Shown here piece after piece: positions 1 through 10,116 of a stretch of 64,000 nucleotides of DNA; positions within the stretch are counted from its first letter, which is position 1; every line of letters begins with the position of its first letter. The position numbers were made by a program, and so were the translations under genes. The DNA comes from an uncultured delta proteobacterium (lineage in GTDB: Bacteria > Myxococcota > Myxococcia > Myxococcales > Anaeromyxobacteraceae): the NCBI GenBank assembly GCA_963766715.1, contig CAVYBH010000012.1, positions 256,001 through 320,000 on the forward strand, given 5' to 3'. Under the pieces are notes generated by a model, which saw only the letters and a list, made by a program, of their open reading frames with translations, was not told the origin of the DNA and did no database searches.

Positions 1-447
1 AAGCAGTACCTGTCCGGCGAGCTGGAGGTCGAGCTGGTTCCGCAGGGCACGCTGGCCGAGCGCATCCGCGCCGGCGGGGCCGGCATCGCCGGCTTCTACA
101 CCGCGACCGGCGTGGGCACCGTCGTGGCGGACGGCAAGGAGGTGCGCCGGTTCGGCGAGCGGGACTACCTGCTCGAGCTCCCCATCCGCGGCGACTTCGC
201 GCTGGTCCACGCCTGGAAGGCCGACAAGTGGGGCAACCTGGTCTTCCGGAAGACCGCGGCGAACTTCAACCCCATGATGTGCGCCGCCGCGAAGGTGTGC
301 ATCGTCGAGGCGGAGCACATCGTCGAGGTGGGCGAGATCGACCCCGACCACGTCCACGTCCCATCCATCTACGTGAAGCGGATCGTGCAGGCGGTGGGGC
401 TCAAGAAGCCCATCGAGCGCCGCACGGTGCGCCCCCGAGCGAGCTAG
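1..447 (+). CDS. scoA: 3-oxoacid CoA-transferase subunit A (5'-truncated by window edge)
   Basis: Frame 1 reads KQYLSGELEVELVPQGTLAERIRAGGAGIAGFYT...KADKWGNL...NFNP...HVPSIYV; precedes subunit B. Confidence 0.92.
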   Translation, partial: KQYLSGELEVELVPQGTLAERIRAGGAGIAGFYTATGVGTVVADGKEVRRFGERDYLLELPIRGDFALVHAWKADKWGNLVFRKTAANFNPMMCAAAKVCIVEAEHIVEVGEIDPDHVHVPSIYVKRIVQAVGLKKPIERRTVRPRAS

Positions 448-450
448 CCC

Positions 451-1107
451 ATGGCACTCACCAGAGAGCAGATCGCGAAGCGCGTCGCCCGGGAGCTGCA
501 GGACGGCTACTACGTGAACCTGGGCATCGGGATGCCGACCCTCGTCTCCAACTACGTCCCGCCCGGCATCGAGGTGGTGCTCCAGAGCGAGAACGGCATG
601 CTCGGCGTCGGTCCCTACCCCCTGGCCGGGGAGGAGGACCCCGACCTCATCAACGCGGGCAAGGAGACCGTCAGCGAGATCCCGGGCACGGCCTTCTTCT
701 CGTCGGCCGACTCCTTCGCCATGATCCGGGGCGGCCACATCGACCTCGCCATCCTGGGTGCGCTCGAGGTCTCGGAGAAGGGCGACCTCGCCAACTGGCT
801 CGTCCCCGGGAAGATGGTGAAGGGAATGGGCGGCGGCATGGATCTCGTCGCCGGCGCCCGGCGGGTCATCGTCACGATGGAGCACGCCAACAAGGAGGGG
901 AAGCCCAAGGTCCTCCGGGAGTGCTCGCTCCCCATCACCGGGCGGCGATGCGTCTCGGCCGTGTGCACCGACCTGGCCTGGCTCGACGTGACCCCCGGCG
1001 GCCTCGTCCTCCGCGAGCTCGCGCCCGGGGTGACGGCGGAGCAGGTCCAGGCCCTCACCGAGCCGAGGCTCGCGATCGCGCCGGACGTGAAGACGATGCA
1101 GGTGTGA
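451..1107 (+). CDS. scoB: 3-oxoacid CoA-transferase subunit B
   Basis: [10 protein letters not shown], catalytic [22 protein letters not shown] motifs. Confidence 0.95.
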   Translation: MALTREQIAKRVARELQDGYYVNLGIGMPTLVSNYVPPGIEVVLQSENGMLGVGPYPLAGEEDPDLINAGKETVSEIPGTAFFSSADSFAMIRGGHIDLAILGALEVSEKGDLANWLVPGKMVKGMGGGMDLVAGARRVIVTMEHANKEGKPKVLRECSLPITGRRCVSAVCTDLAWLDVTPGGLVLRELAPGVTAEQVQALTEPRLAIAPDVKTMQV

Positions 1108-1111
1108 CCCG

Positions 1112-1896
1112 GTGGACCGGCCCGTCGTCACCTTCCTCACCGACTTCGGAGCCGGCTCGGGCTATCCGGCGCAGATGAAGGGCGAGGTGCTGCGGCGCCT
1201 CCCCGACGCCACCCTGGTGGACGTCTCCCACGAGGTGGCCCCGTTCGACGTCCTGGCGGGCGCCCTCCTCCTGGAGGCGTGCGTCCCGCGCTTTCCCTCC
1301 GGGGCGGTTCACCTGGCCGTGGTCGATCCCGGCGTGGGAACGGCGCGCCGCCCGATCTGCGTGGTCGACGCGGACGGGCGCCGGCTCGTCGGGCCCGGAC
1401 AACGGGCTCTTCACGCCGTTTCTCGGAGCGGGCGCCCGCGTCTTCCTGCTCGCCGATCCCGGCATCGTGCCCGCGCGATCCCAGCCCGACCTTCCACGGC
1501 CGGGACCTGTTCGCGCCGGTGGCGGCCTGGCTGGCCGGCGGAGGCGATCCCGAGCGCCTCGGACCGCGCCTGGAGGATCCGGTCCGGCTGCCCTGGCCGG
1601 ACGCGCGGAGGACGGCCGACGGGCTCGAGGGGGAGTGCCTCGCCGCCGACACCTTCGGGAACCTGATCACCAGCATCCGGCGGGTGGACCTGGCGGGCGG
1701 GGATCCCCTGGAGATCGCGATTGGCGCTCGACCCGCACGGCTGGTCGCGACGTACGGAGAGGCGAGCCCGGGGGAGCTCGTCGCGCTGTGGGGGAGCGCC
1801 GGGCGCCTGGAATTCGCCGTCCGCGAGGGAAGCGCGGCGCGGGCGACGGGGCTCGGGCCGGGCGCGCCGGTCCGGCTGCGACTCCGGCGGCGCTAG
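1112..1896 (+). CDS. SAM hydroxide adenosyltransferase / chlorinase-fluorinase (DUF62) family; frameshifts near 1393 and 1471
   Basis: FLTDFG, VVDPGVGT, GPDNG (across shift), TFHGRDLFAP, DTFGNLIT spread over three frames. Confidence 0.88.
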
Positions 1897-2499
1897 CTAC
1901 TCGATCAGCCCCTGGTCCTTCGCCATCTTGGCGAGGCGTCCCTTGAGCCGCTCGAACCGCTTCATGAGGGCGGCCGGCTCGACCCGTTGCCCCTCCGCGG
2001 CCGACACCTCGGCGATCTCGGCCCAGGAGAGCTTCTGGTCGATGCGGAGCGCGAGCAGGGAGACCTCCTCGACGTCGAGGGACTCGCGGAGCTTGTCGAG
2101 CACCTGGCGCTGCCGCTCCACCTTCAGGTGGGAGCGCGTCCGGATCTCCTCGGCCAGCGCCGACGCCTCGCCGCTGAAGAAGCGCCGTCCCCGCCGGCGC
2201 CAGGCCTCGTTGCGCAGGTTGATGGCGGCGTTCCAGGCGAGCCGGAAGCACCAGGCGCGCAGCGAGCCCTCTCCGCGCCAGGAGGGCAGCCCGCGCCAGA
2301 CGTTCTCGGCGAAGACCGAGAACGCGTCGCTGGCGTCGTCCTCGTCGCGAAGGAGGGAACGGAGGTACCGCAGGACCGAGGGCCCGTACTCCTGGATGGC
2401 GGCCGTCGCCGCCGCCGGGCGATCCTCGGCCGCCAGGAGCTCCCGGATGCGCTCCTCGACGCCTTTCTCGACGCCTCCGCTGCCGCCCGGGTCGCTCAC
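1897..2499 (-). CDS. ECF-type sigma-70 factor
   Basis: C-terminal 200 aa of the 801-aa track ORF: region 2 (DDASDAFS...SLRAWCFRLAWN) and region 4 (LSWAEIAEV); GTG start overlaps kinase stop (GTGA). Confidence 0.85.
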   Translation of the reverse strand: MSDPGGSGGVEKGVEERIRELLAAEDRPAAATAAIQEYGPSVLRYLRSLLRDEDDASDAFSVFAENVWRGLPSWRGEGSLRAWCFRLAWNAAINLRNEAWRRRGRRFFSGEASALAEEIRTRSHLKVERQRQVLDKLRESLDVEEVSLLALRIDQKLSWAEIAEVSAAEGQRVEPAALMKRFERLKGRLAKMAKDQGLIE

Positions 2500-4958
2500 G
2501 GCGGGAGGTTCAGCCGGGTGAGGAGGGTGCCGAAGCGCGGGTCGCCGCGGATCTTCTGCATCAGGGGATCTCCCTTGACCTCGAGGGTCAGCCCCAGGTC
2601 GCGCTGCTCGAGGGCGCGGTCGAGCCACAGGAAGGCCTCGTTCGTCTCGCCCCGGAAGGCGTGGACCTGGGCGATCTGGAAGGCCCAGCCGTGCGCCTCC
2701 GTCCGCTCCAGTTCCTGGAGCGCCGCCTGGGAGTCGGCGTCGCGCCCGAGCCCGTGGTAGGCGAGCGAGAGGCTCATGAGGTGCCACGCGCCTGGCGGCA
2801 CGCGCTCGGCGGCCTCCAGCGCGGCCTGGGGCTTGCCCTCGAGGAGCGCCTTCACCACCAGGTGGCGCATCGCGTAGGAGGCGTCGGGTGCGATCTCCAG
2901 GGCCCGCGCGATGGCCGAGCTGGCCAGGTCGTACTGGCCGGTCTTCATGTACAGGAGCGCCAGGTCGGACCAGGCGTAGCTGTAGAGCGGATCCGCCTCG
3001 GTGGCCTTCTTCATGGCGGCCACGGCCTCGGTGTTCTTCCCGAGGACGCTCAGGTACCAGGTGGCGTACCGGCGCAGCGCCTCGGCCTGGCGCGGGTTGA
3101 TGGCGAGGGCGCGCTCGAAGTCGGCCTTGGCGCCGGGCCAGTCCCACTGCATCGGCGCGCGAAGCGTGCCCCGGGCCCAGTAGCCGTCCGGGATGTCGGG
3201 GCCGAGGGCGACCGCGCGATCGGCGGCGTCCACCGCCCGGCGCTTGTAGGCCGCGACCTGCTCGGCGTTGTCCGCGAGGTCCGCCAGCCCGAGCAGCGAG
3301 ACCGCGAGCCCGGCCCAGGACGGTGCGTAGCCCGGGTCGGCGTCGACGGACTGCTCGAAGGCCGCCACGGCGCGCTGGAAGGGCTCCTTGGCGCCGCGCT
3401 GGTGGTAGAAGTGGCGCCCGAGCAGGTACTGCTCGTAGGCCTCCGGCACCGCGGTCCTGCGCTCCACGGCCGCCACCGGCCGTCCCGGGACGAGCTTCAC
3501 CTGGAGTGCATGGGCCACCGCGCTCGCAATCTCGTCCTGGACCGCGAAGACGTCCCGCACCTCGCGGTCGAAGGTCTGCGACCAGAGCTGGTAGCCGTCC
3601 TTCACCCCGACCAGCTGGGCGGTGACGCGCAGCCGCGTGCCGGACTGGCGCACGCTGCCGTCGAGGACGGCGTCGACCTTGAGCTGCCGGCCAATCTCGG
3701 CCAGGTCGTTCTTGCCCTTGAACGCGAAGGACGAGGTCCGGCCGGCCACCCGCAAGCCTTCGATCTGGACGAGCGAGTTCAGGATCTCCTCGGCCAGGCC
3801 GTCGGCGAAGTGGGTCTGGTCCTTGGCCGCGCTCAGATCGGTGAACGGGAGCACGGCCACCGCCGGGATCGTCCCGGCGATCTGGATGGACGGGGGACCT
3901 TCGGTCCGGCTCCGGAGGAGCAGCGACGCTGGCTCCCGCGAGGGCGACCGCGGCGACGAGGGCGGCCAGCCAGCCAGGCGCGCCGCCCGGGCCTGCGCCG
4001 GACCGGGGCGGCGAGGCCGCCGGAGGGGGGGGCGCCCTCCACGCCCCGCAAGCAGGGGCGTGAGCGCCGAGACGACCTCGCCCGCGTCGCGGAACCGGTC
4101 GACCGGATCCTTGGCCAGCATCCGGGAGACCACGTGCGGCAGCTCGGGAGACTCCGGGACGTGGAGGATCGGGGCGGGGCGCGTCCCGGAGGCCGAGCGC
4201 CCCTCGTCGTCGGGGAAGGGCGGCTCCCCGGACAGCATGCGGTAGAGCATCACGCCAAGTGAATAGACGTCGGTGCGCTCGTCCTCGGGGGCGCCGCGCC
4301 ACTGCTCCGGGGCCATGAAGGCCGGCGTGCCGCCCTCCAGCTTGCGGCGGCCGAAGGCCTGGGCCATCCCCAGGTCGAGGAGCTTCACGTGTCCGTCCTC
4401 GCAGAGGAAGACGTTCCCGCTGGAGAGGTCGCGGTGGACGATGCCGCGCGCGTGCGCGTGCGACAGCGCCCGGGCGACCTCGACCGTCACCCGGAGCGCC
4501 TCCTGGATGGGAACCGGGCCGGACGCGAGCCGCTGCGAGAGCGTCTCGCCCCGCAGCAGCTCGAGCACCAGGTAGGGTCCGTACGCACAGCGCCCCATGT
4601 CGAACAGGGTGACGATGTTGGGATGCGACAGGCGTGCGGCCGTCTCCGCCTCGCGGAGGAGCCGCTCCTCGCGCACCGTCGGCTGCAGCGAGGCCTGGAG
4701 CAGCTTGAACGCGACCGACCGGCCGAGGTCGTGGTCGAGGGCCTCGTAGACGACGCCGAAGCCCCCGCGCCCCAGCTCGCGGACAATCTCGAATCGGCCG
4801 ATCACCGTTCCGGGGGAGGGCAAGGGGACCCAGGCGCCGGCGTCGCCTGCGGGCGGGCCGTCCGGGCTCACCAGCTCCTCGAGCAGGGTCGAGATGTCTG
4901 GCGCCCGAGGTCCGCTCGGTCCGCGTGGGCCCGTCTTCCCGTTGCCCGTCGCGGCCAT
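2496..4958 (-). CDS. Hanks-type Ser/Thr protein kinase with TolB-like and TPR C-terminal region
   Basis: GRGGFGVVY, VAFK, HRDLSSGN, DLG, FMAPEQ; then AVLPF...FADGLAEEILNSL and TPRs. A hydrophobic helix (WLAALVAAVALAGASV) lies in another frame near 3930-3980, implying compensating frameshifts. Confidence 0.9.
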   Translation of the reverse strand: MAATGNGKTGPRGPSGPRAPDISTLLEELVSPDGPPAGDAGAWVPLPSPGTVIGRFEIVRELGRGGFGVVYEALDHDLGRSVAFKLLQASLQPTVREERLLREAETAARLSHPNIVTLFDMGRCAYGPYLVLELLRGETLSQRLASGPVPIQEALRVTVEVARALSHAHARGIVHRDLSSGNVFLCEDGHVKLLDLGMAQAFGRRKLEGGTPAFMAPEQWRGAPEDERTDVYSLGVMLYRMLSGEPPFPDDEGRSASGTRPAPILHVPESPELPHVVSRMLAKDPVDRFRDAGEVVSALTPLLAGRGGRPPLRRPRRPGPAQARAARLAGWPPSSPRSPSREPASLLLRSRTEGPPSIQIAGTIPAVAVLPFTDLSAAKDQTHFADGLAEEILNSLVQIEGLRVAGRTSSFAFKGKNDLAEIGRQLKVDAVLDGSVRQSGTRLRVTAQLVGVKDGYQLWSQTFDREVRDVFAVQDEIASAVAHALQVKLVPGRPVAAVERRTAVPEAYEQYLLGRHFYHQRGAKEPFQRAVAAFEQSVDADPGYAPSWAGLAVSLLGLADLADNAEQVAAYKRRAVDAADRAVALGPDIPDGYWARGTLRAPMQWDWPGAKADFERALAINPRQAEALRRYATWYLSVLGKNTEAVAAMKKATEADPLYSYAWSDLALLYMKTGQYDLASSAIARALEIAPDASYAMRHLVVKALLEGKPQAALEAAERVPPGAWHLMSLSLAYHGLGRDADSQAALQELERTEAHGWAFQIAQVHAFRGETNEAFLWLDRALEQRDLGLTLEVKGDPLMQKIRGDPRFGTLLTRLNLPP

Positions 4959-5250
4959 CCGGCGTTCGCTCCCCCTCGAAAGGAGTGAGAGATTATCAGG
5001 GGTTGCCCCTCGGGGCCAACCCGGCCGGGCCCGTCGGTCACGCGCTGGAGTCACCTCGGGTGGGTCGCGCAAATTCGTGTGTATTTTCGGTTACATGGAG
5101 TAAGGGAAAATTTGATCTGGAGCAATGGTCTCGCCGTCCGTCCGATCCGCGCGCCAGCGATGTCTGTCCGGAAGGAAGGACGGCGAGGAGGCGGGGATGG
5201 CCCGCCCTGGCTACCGGTGTGAACTCCGGGTGACTGGCGTGGGGCTTCGG

Positions 5251-5792
5251 ATGATCGACTGGCCGGCGACGATCGGGAGTACCTCCAGACCTGTCGCCGG
5301 GTGCTGGCGGCCGGCGTGCTCGCCCGCGACCGGGCCGAGGTCCTCGCCATCGAGGCGTCGCGCTGGCCCCAGGGCGCCGTCCACCTCCGCGATCGCATCG
5401 CCGCTCCGGGTGCGCAGGAATCGCCGGAGGCGGAGCTCGAGATGCTCGACTTCGGGCACGACCTGCAGATCGGGCTGGCCGAGACGCTCGAGCGGCTGAT
5501 CGGGTCGGACGCCCGGCTCGCCGAGGCCCTCCTCCAGCTCCAGCTCGACTGCGCCCGCGTCCGCTTCGTGTTCGAGGAGACGGCCATGCGGCTTCGCGAG
5601 GACCCCCGGCGCTTCGCCCACGCCGAGAGTCACGGGCGACTGCTGCGAAGGCTGACCGAGGCCAAGGTCTGCATGAGGAGCCGCCGGTTCGACGAGGCGC
5701 GGTCCGTGATGGGCGCCTTCCGGGCCGAGGCGCAGGAGCACGAGATCGCGATGGACGGCGACGTGGGACGCCGCATCGGAGAGGCATCGTAG
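5251..5792 (+). CDS. hypothetical helical protein (probable frameshift near 5270)
   Basis: 163-aa ORF 5301-5792 with coding-like codon use; ATG at 5251 joins it through a one-base shift. Confidence 0.5.
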
Positions 5793-5890
5793 CGGGGGAG
5801 TGGCCCGGGAAGGTCGCGGGCTCGCCGCCGACGCGGCGGGCCTGCGGCCGGCCTGTCCACCGACTCCAGCCCCTGCTACAGTTTCTCCAG

Positions 5891-6247
5891 ATGCCGCGCG
5901 GACCCGACAACAAGCGACGGTCGAACCGCCTCCAGCACGAGCTGCCGGTCGCCTACCGGAGCGTGGGGAGCTTCCTGACCGACTGGGCGACCAACATCAG
6001 CCACGGCGGGATGTTCATCAACACCCGCAAGCCGCTCCCGGTGGGCACCGAGGTCCGCATCCTCATCCAGCTCCCCATGCTCGAGTTCCCCGTCGGCCTG
6101 AACGGACGGGTCACCCGCGTCGCCGAGTTCGACAACCAGGCGAACGTGGTCCCGGGCATGGGCATCCAGTTCACCGACGTCGACCCGTCGAAGCGCCTCC
6201 AGCTCGAGAGCCTGGTGGAGCGGCTCCAGCGGGACCTCGGGGCCTGA
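5891..6247 (+). CDS. PilZ-domain protein, myxobacterial TIGR02266 type
   Basis: RRSNR motif, NISHGGMFI, PGMGIQF. Confidence 0.88.
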   Translation: MPRGPDNKRRSNRLQHELPVAYRSVGSFLTDWATNISHGGMFINTRKPLPVGTEVRILIQLPMLEFPVGLNGRVTRVAEFDNQANVVPGMGIQFTDVDPSKRLQLESLVERLQRDLGA

Positions 6248-6262
6248 CCCGGGCGGCAGAAC

Positions 6263-7576
6263 GTGTCCGAGAAGCTCGAGATCGAGGGCCTCGCACCGGG
6301 AGGCGAGGGGATGGCGCGCGTCGCCGGGCGCCCGGTGTTCGTCCCGTTCACCGCCCCGGGCGACGTCGTCCTCGCCGACGTGCCGGTCGGGGACGGCGCG
6401 CCGCACGCCACGCTGGCCGAGGTCCTGCAACCGGGCCCGGACCGGGTCGACGCGCCCTGTCCCCACTTCGGCCCGGGTCCGGAAGGGGACCGCCCCTGCG
6501 GCGGCTGCGAGTGGCTTCACCTCCGGTACGACCTCCAGCTTCGCGCCAAGGAGCGGGGGCTGGTCGAGGCCCTGCGCCGGATCGGGAAGCTCGCACCGGG
6601 AAGCTACCCGCTGCGCCCCATCGCCCCGTCCCCGAGCCCGCTGCGCTACCGGTCCCGCGCCAAGTTCCACCTGGATGCGGCGAGCGGGAGGCTGGTCTTC
6701 TACCGGCGCCGGTCGCACGAGCCGATCCGGCTGCGGGAGTGCCACCTGCTCGAGCCCGGCCTCGACGGCCTGCGCGAGGCGATGGGGCCGGAGCTGGTCC
6801 GGTCCCGGCTGCGCCCGAGCGAGGTGGCGCTGGAGTGGTCGGCGCACGCGGGACGCGGCGCGGCCCTGCTGCGGAACGTGGAGACGGGGGAGGGGGCCCG
6901 CAGGCGCGCGGCCGACCTCGTGGCCGCCCTTCCTTCCCTCGCCGGCGTGGTCCTCGAGGGAGAGGAGGACGGTCGCCGCGGGCGGGCGATGGCGCTGGTG
7001 GGAGATCCGGTGCTCCTCCAGGAGCGGGTTCCGGGAGAGCCGGAGGCGGGCCTGGCCCGGAGCCGTCCCGACGTGTTCCAGCAGGCCAACCGTCCCGCCA
7101 ATGCCCGCCTGGTGAGGGAAGCGCTGGACCTGCTCGTCCCCGACGGCGAGGACGTGCTCGAGCTCTTCTGCGGCGCGGGGAACTTCACCGGTCCGCTGGC
7201 CGCGCGGGCCGCCTCCGTCGCCGCCGTGGAGATGCAGGGGCCTGCGCTCGACCTGGCTCGCGCCGACCTGGGCGGGAGGAACGTCCGCTTCTACGGCGGA
7301 GACTCGCTCGCCATCGCGTCCGCGCTGGCCCGGGAGGGGAAGCGCTTCGGGGCCCTGCTCCTCGATCCTCCCCGCGACGGGATGAAGGGGCTCGGATCCC
7401 TGCTGCGCGACCTCGCCGTGCCGCGGGCGGTGTACGTGTCGTGCGACCCGGCCACCCTGGCGCGCGACCTGCGGGGTGCGCTGGAGACCGGCTACCGCAT
7501 CGGCGCGGTCCTGCCGGTGGACATGTTCCCGCAGACCCATCACGTCGAGGCGCTCGTCCTGCTCGAGCGAGCGTGA
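6263..7576 (+). CDS. TRAM-domain RNA m5U methyltransferase (RlmD/TrmA family)
   Basis: FTAPGD, CPHF...CGGC Fe-S motif, FQQAN, LFCGAGNF, LDPPRDG, YVSCDPATLARD, DMFPQTHHVE. Confidence 0.92.
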   Translation: MSEKLEIEGLAPGGEGMARVAGRPVFVPFTAPGDVVLADVPVGDGAPHATLAEVLQPGPDRVDAPCPHFGPGPEGDRPCGGCEWLHLRYDLQLRAKERGLVEALRRIGKLAPGSYPLRPIAPSPSPLRYRSRAKFHLDAASGRLVFYRRRSHEPIRLRECHLLEPGLDGLREAMGPELVRSRLRPSEVALEWSAHAGRGAALLRNVETGEGARRRAADLVAALPSLAGVVLEGEEDGRRGRAMALVGDPVLLQERVPGEPEAGLARSRPDVFQQANRPANARLVREALDLLVPDGEDVLELFCGAGNFTGPLAARAASVAAVEMQGPALDLARADLGGRNVRFYGGDSLAIASALAREGKRFGALLLDPPRDGMKGLGSLLRDLAVPRAVYVSCDPATLARDLRGALETGYRIGAVLPVDMFPQTHHVEALVLLERA

Positions 7577-7577
7577 C

Positions 7578-8691
7578 ATGCGATCCTCGTGCGACGAGCG
7601 ACGCGGCAGGAGGGTCGCAGCCTGGGCGGCGATGCTGCTCGCCGCCGCGCCACTCCCGGGTTCGCGGGAGATCCCGCTCCGCGAGATCGCGCGCAACGTC
7701 GGGGCCACCGCCTCCGTCCGGCTCGAGCCGGCGGGCCTGGCCATCGACGTCGAGGACCGCCCGATCGGGATGTTCCTGCCGATTCCCGGCGCGGAGGAGC
7801 TTCAGCTCGACTACCGGTCGACCGGTCACTTGATGCTGACCTGGGTCTCGGCCTGGGGAGCTCCATGCCGCTGCCCCATTCCAGCCCCTGGCACCGGGAG
7901 GTCCTGGCTCCGGGATCCGGCCGGATCACCCTCGACCTGCGGACGACGCCGAGCTGGAGGCCCGAGCGGACGCCGGTCCTGGTCCTCGAGGGGACGGGGA
8001 CCGTGGTCCTCACGGGGCTGCGCGTCCGGACGGCCTCGCAGGAGCCCGCCGCGCGCATGCAATCGTTCGACGAGGCGATCCGCTGGTCGCCCATTCGCGT
8101 CGGCCACTCGACCATCAACGCCCTCGACCCGCCGGTCTGGAGCGCCTCCCGGCAGAATCCTCTGGATGGACGTCCTGGGCGTCGCCTTCGCCGCCCTGGC
8201 CGTCGCGGGTGCGGTCGCGTGGTGGGCGAGGACCCGCCGCTTCCGTCCCGGGCCGCCGCTCGCGCTCGCGGCCGTCGCGGTGGCGCTCGCCGGGGACGTC
8301 GTCTTCGCGATCCGGGCGGCGCCGGCGCTCTCCCTGGCGCCGGTGCTGGACCCCGAGGCGAGGCTGCGGGAGTGGACGAGCTTCGGCCCGGAGCTGGGCC
8401 CGCTGGCGGCGCTCGCCCGGGGCGCGATCGGGGAACGGGAGCGGGTTGGCGTCCTGGCGGGCGAGAGCGACTGGTTCGGCTGGGAGACCCTGTGCTTCCA
8501 CCTCGCCCCCCGGCCTTGCGTCCGCGTGGTCCCCGGGGCCACGACCTTCTCGGGGCTCCAGGGCGTGGATCGAGCTCCGAGGGGACGAGATCGACGCGCT
8601 CGTGTACTTCCACGCGGGAACGCCCCTCCCGAACGGCTTCCGCCCCGTGGCCACCCTCGACAAGAACGCGTTCGTGGCCAGGCGCCGGTGA
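7578..8691 (+). CDS. hypothetical membrane protein (several frameshifts)
   Basis: Coding-like segments in three frames: signal-like N-terminus, soluble domain, two hydrophobic helices, C-terminal domain ending KNAFVARRR. Confidence 0.5.
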
Positions 8692-10116
8692 TCTTCCTCC
8701 TCGCCATCCTCCTCACCTGCGTGTCGGGTCTCGCGACTCCTGCACGCGCTCCGCCTGGCGACCGGCCGCCCGGCCGTGGACGTCCCGCTGGGATGGCTCG
8801 CCGGAGGCGCCTGGTTCGCGGCGGCCGCGTTCACGGTCCGATCGCTCCTGGGACTCCGCGTGAACGCCCCGATCGCGGCCGCGGTGCTGGCGCTCCCGGT
8901 CGTCGCCTGGGGCATCCTGCGACGGGCGCGCCCGGGCGGCGCCGTCCCGCCGGCGCCTGCGGGCGGCGGGGCCCGGTGGATTCCCCGGCCCTGGTGGGTC
9001 TTCGCCCCGATGGCGGCCTGGGTCGTCCTGGTGGCGGCGGCCGTCGCGCTCCACGGCATGAGCACCCCGACCCACACCGACGACGGGTACAGGGTTCGCG
9101 CCTACGCGCCGATCCTGGCGGCGGAGGGGATCTGGAGCGGACCCGCGCGGGACGTGGTGGCCATGGCCGGTCCGATCCCGTCCTTCGTCCCGGCCATCGC
9201 CTGGATGCTGGGCGCGCCGCTCGATCCGTTCCACGTGAACGCGGCCATCGTCCTGACCTTCCTGTCGCTGCTCCTGCTCCTCGTCGCGCTGGCGTCGGAG
9301 CGGGGCTGGCCGGAGGCCGGCTGGGGGGCGGTCTTCGCGCTCACCTCGCTGCCGCTCCTCGCGTACCACGCCACGTCGACCTACTCCGACGGCTGGCTGG
9401 CCATGTACCTCGCCGCGGCCTTTGCCTTCCTCGTCGCCGGCGGGCGCGGGCGCGACCCGGCCGACGCCGGCCGGGCGCTCCTCCTGCTCCTGGGTGCCGC
9501 GATGGTGAAGCGGGAGGGCGAGCTGGTCGCGCTGCCCGCGATCGCCATCGTCCTCGCGCAGGTGGCGTGGAACGCGCGAGCCGAGGGGGGACGGGTCCTC
9601 CTGCGCCAGCTTCCGCTGCTCGCCGCCTACCTCGTCGTGGTCGGGGCGCGGATCGCGGCGGTGGGTCTCCCGGGCGCCTTTCCCTTCCTCCGGGCCGCGG
9701 CGCTGCGGTCGTCCGAGGTCGCGCCGGCCGTTTCCGGCGCGCCGGCTGCGGCGCCGGCCGCGACTGGCGCGTCGGCCGTGTTCGTCGCCGCGCTCTTCCG
9801 CGAGGGCAACCTCGGCCTGCTCTACTGGGTGCTCTTCCCGTCCGTGGTCCTGCTCTTCCCCCGGATCCGGAAGGATGGGCTCGCCTGGTCCGGTGCGGCC
9901 CTCGCCCTGATCTTCGCGGAGACCGCGGCCAGCGCCGTCTGGCTATACCCGCAGTACACCCTCGACGGGTCCACCGTTCATCGCTCCCTGTTGCCGGTCT
10001 CCGCGGCGGCCGCGGTGTGGCTCGCGGCCCTCCTCGCCGCCGCGTGCCGGCCCGCCTCGACCGACGCAGTCGAGCCGGCGCCGAAGGCGCGCAGGCGCTC
10101 CAGCAAGGTGGGGTGA
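8688..10116 (+). CDS. polytopic membrane protein, GT-C glycosyltransferase-like (frameshift near 8737)
   Basis: More than 10 hydrophobic helices; acidic loop THTDDGY, STYSDG and MVKREG motifs. Confidence 0.6.

Noticed and set aside
1112..1896. Halogenase (fluorinase/chlorinase) natural-product locus
   Set aside because: No biosynthetic cluster nearby; stand-alone DUF62 members are usually SAM hydrolases.
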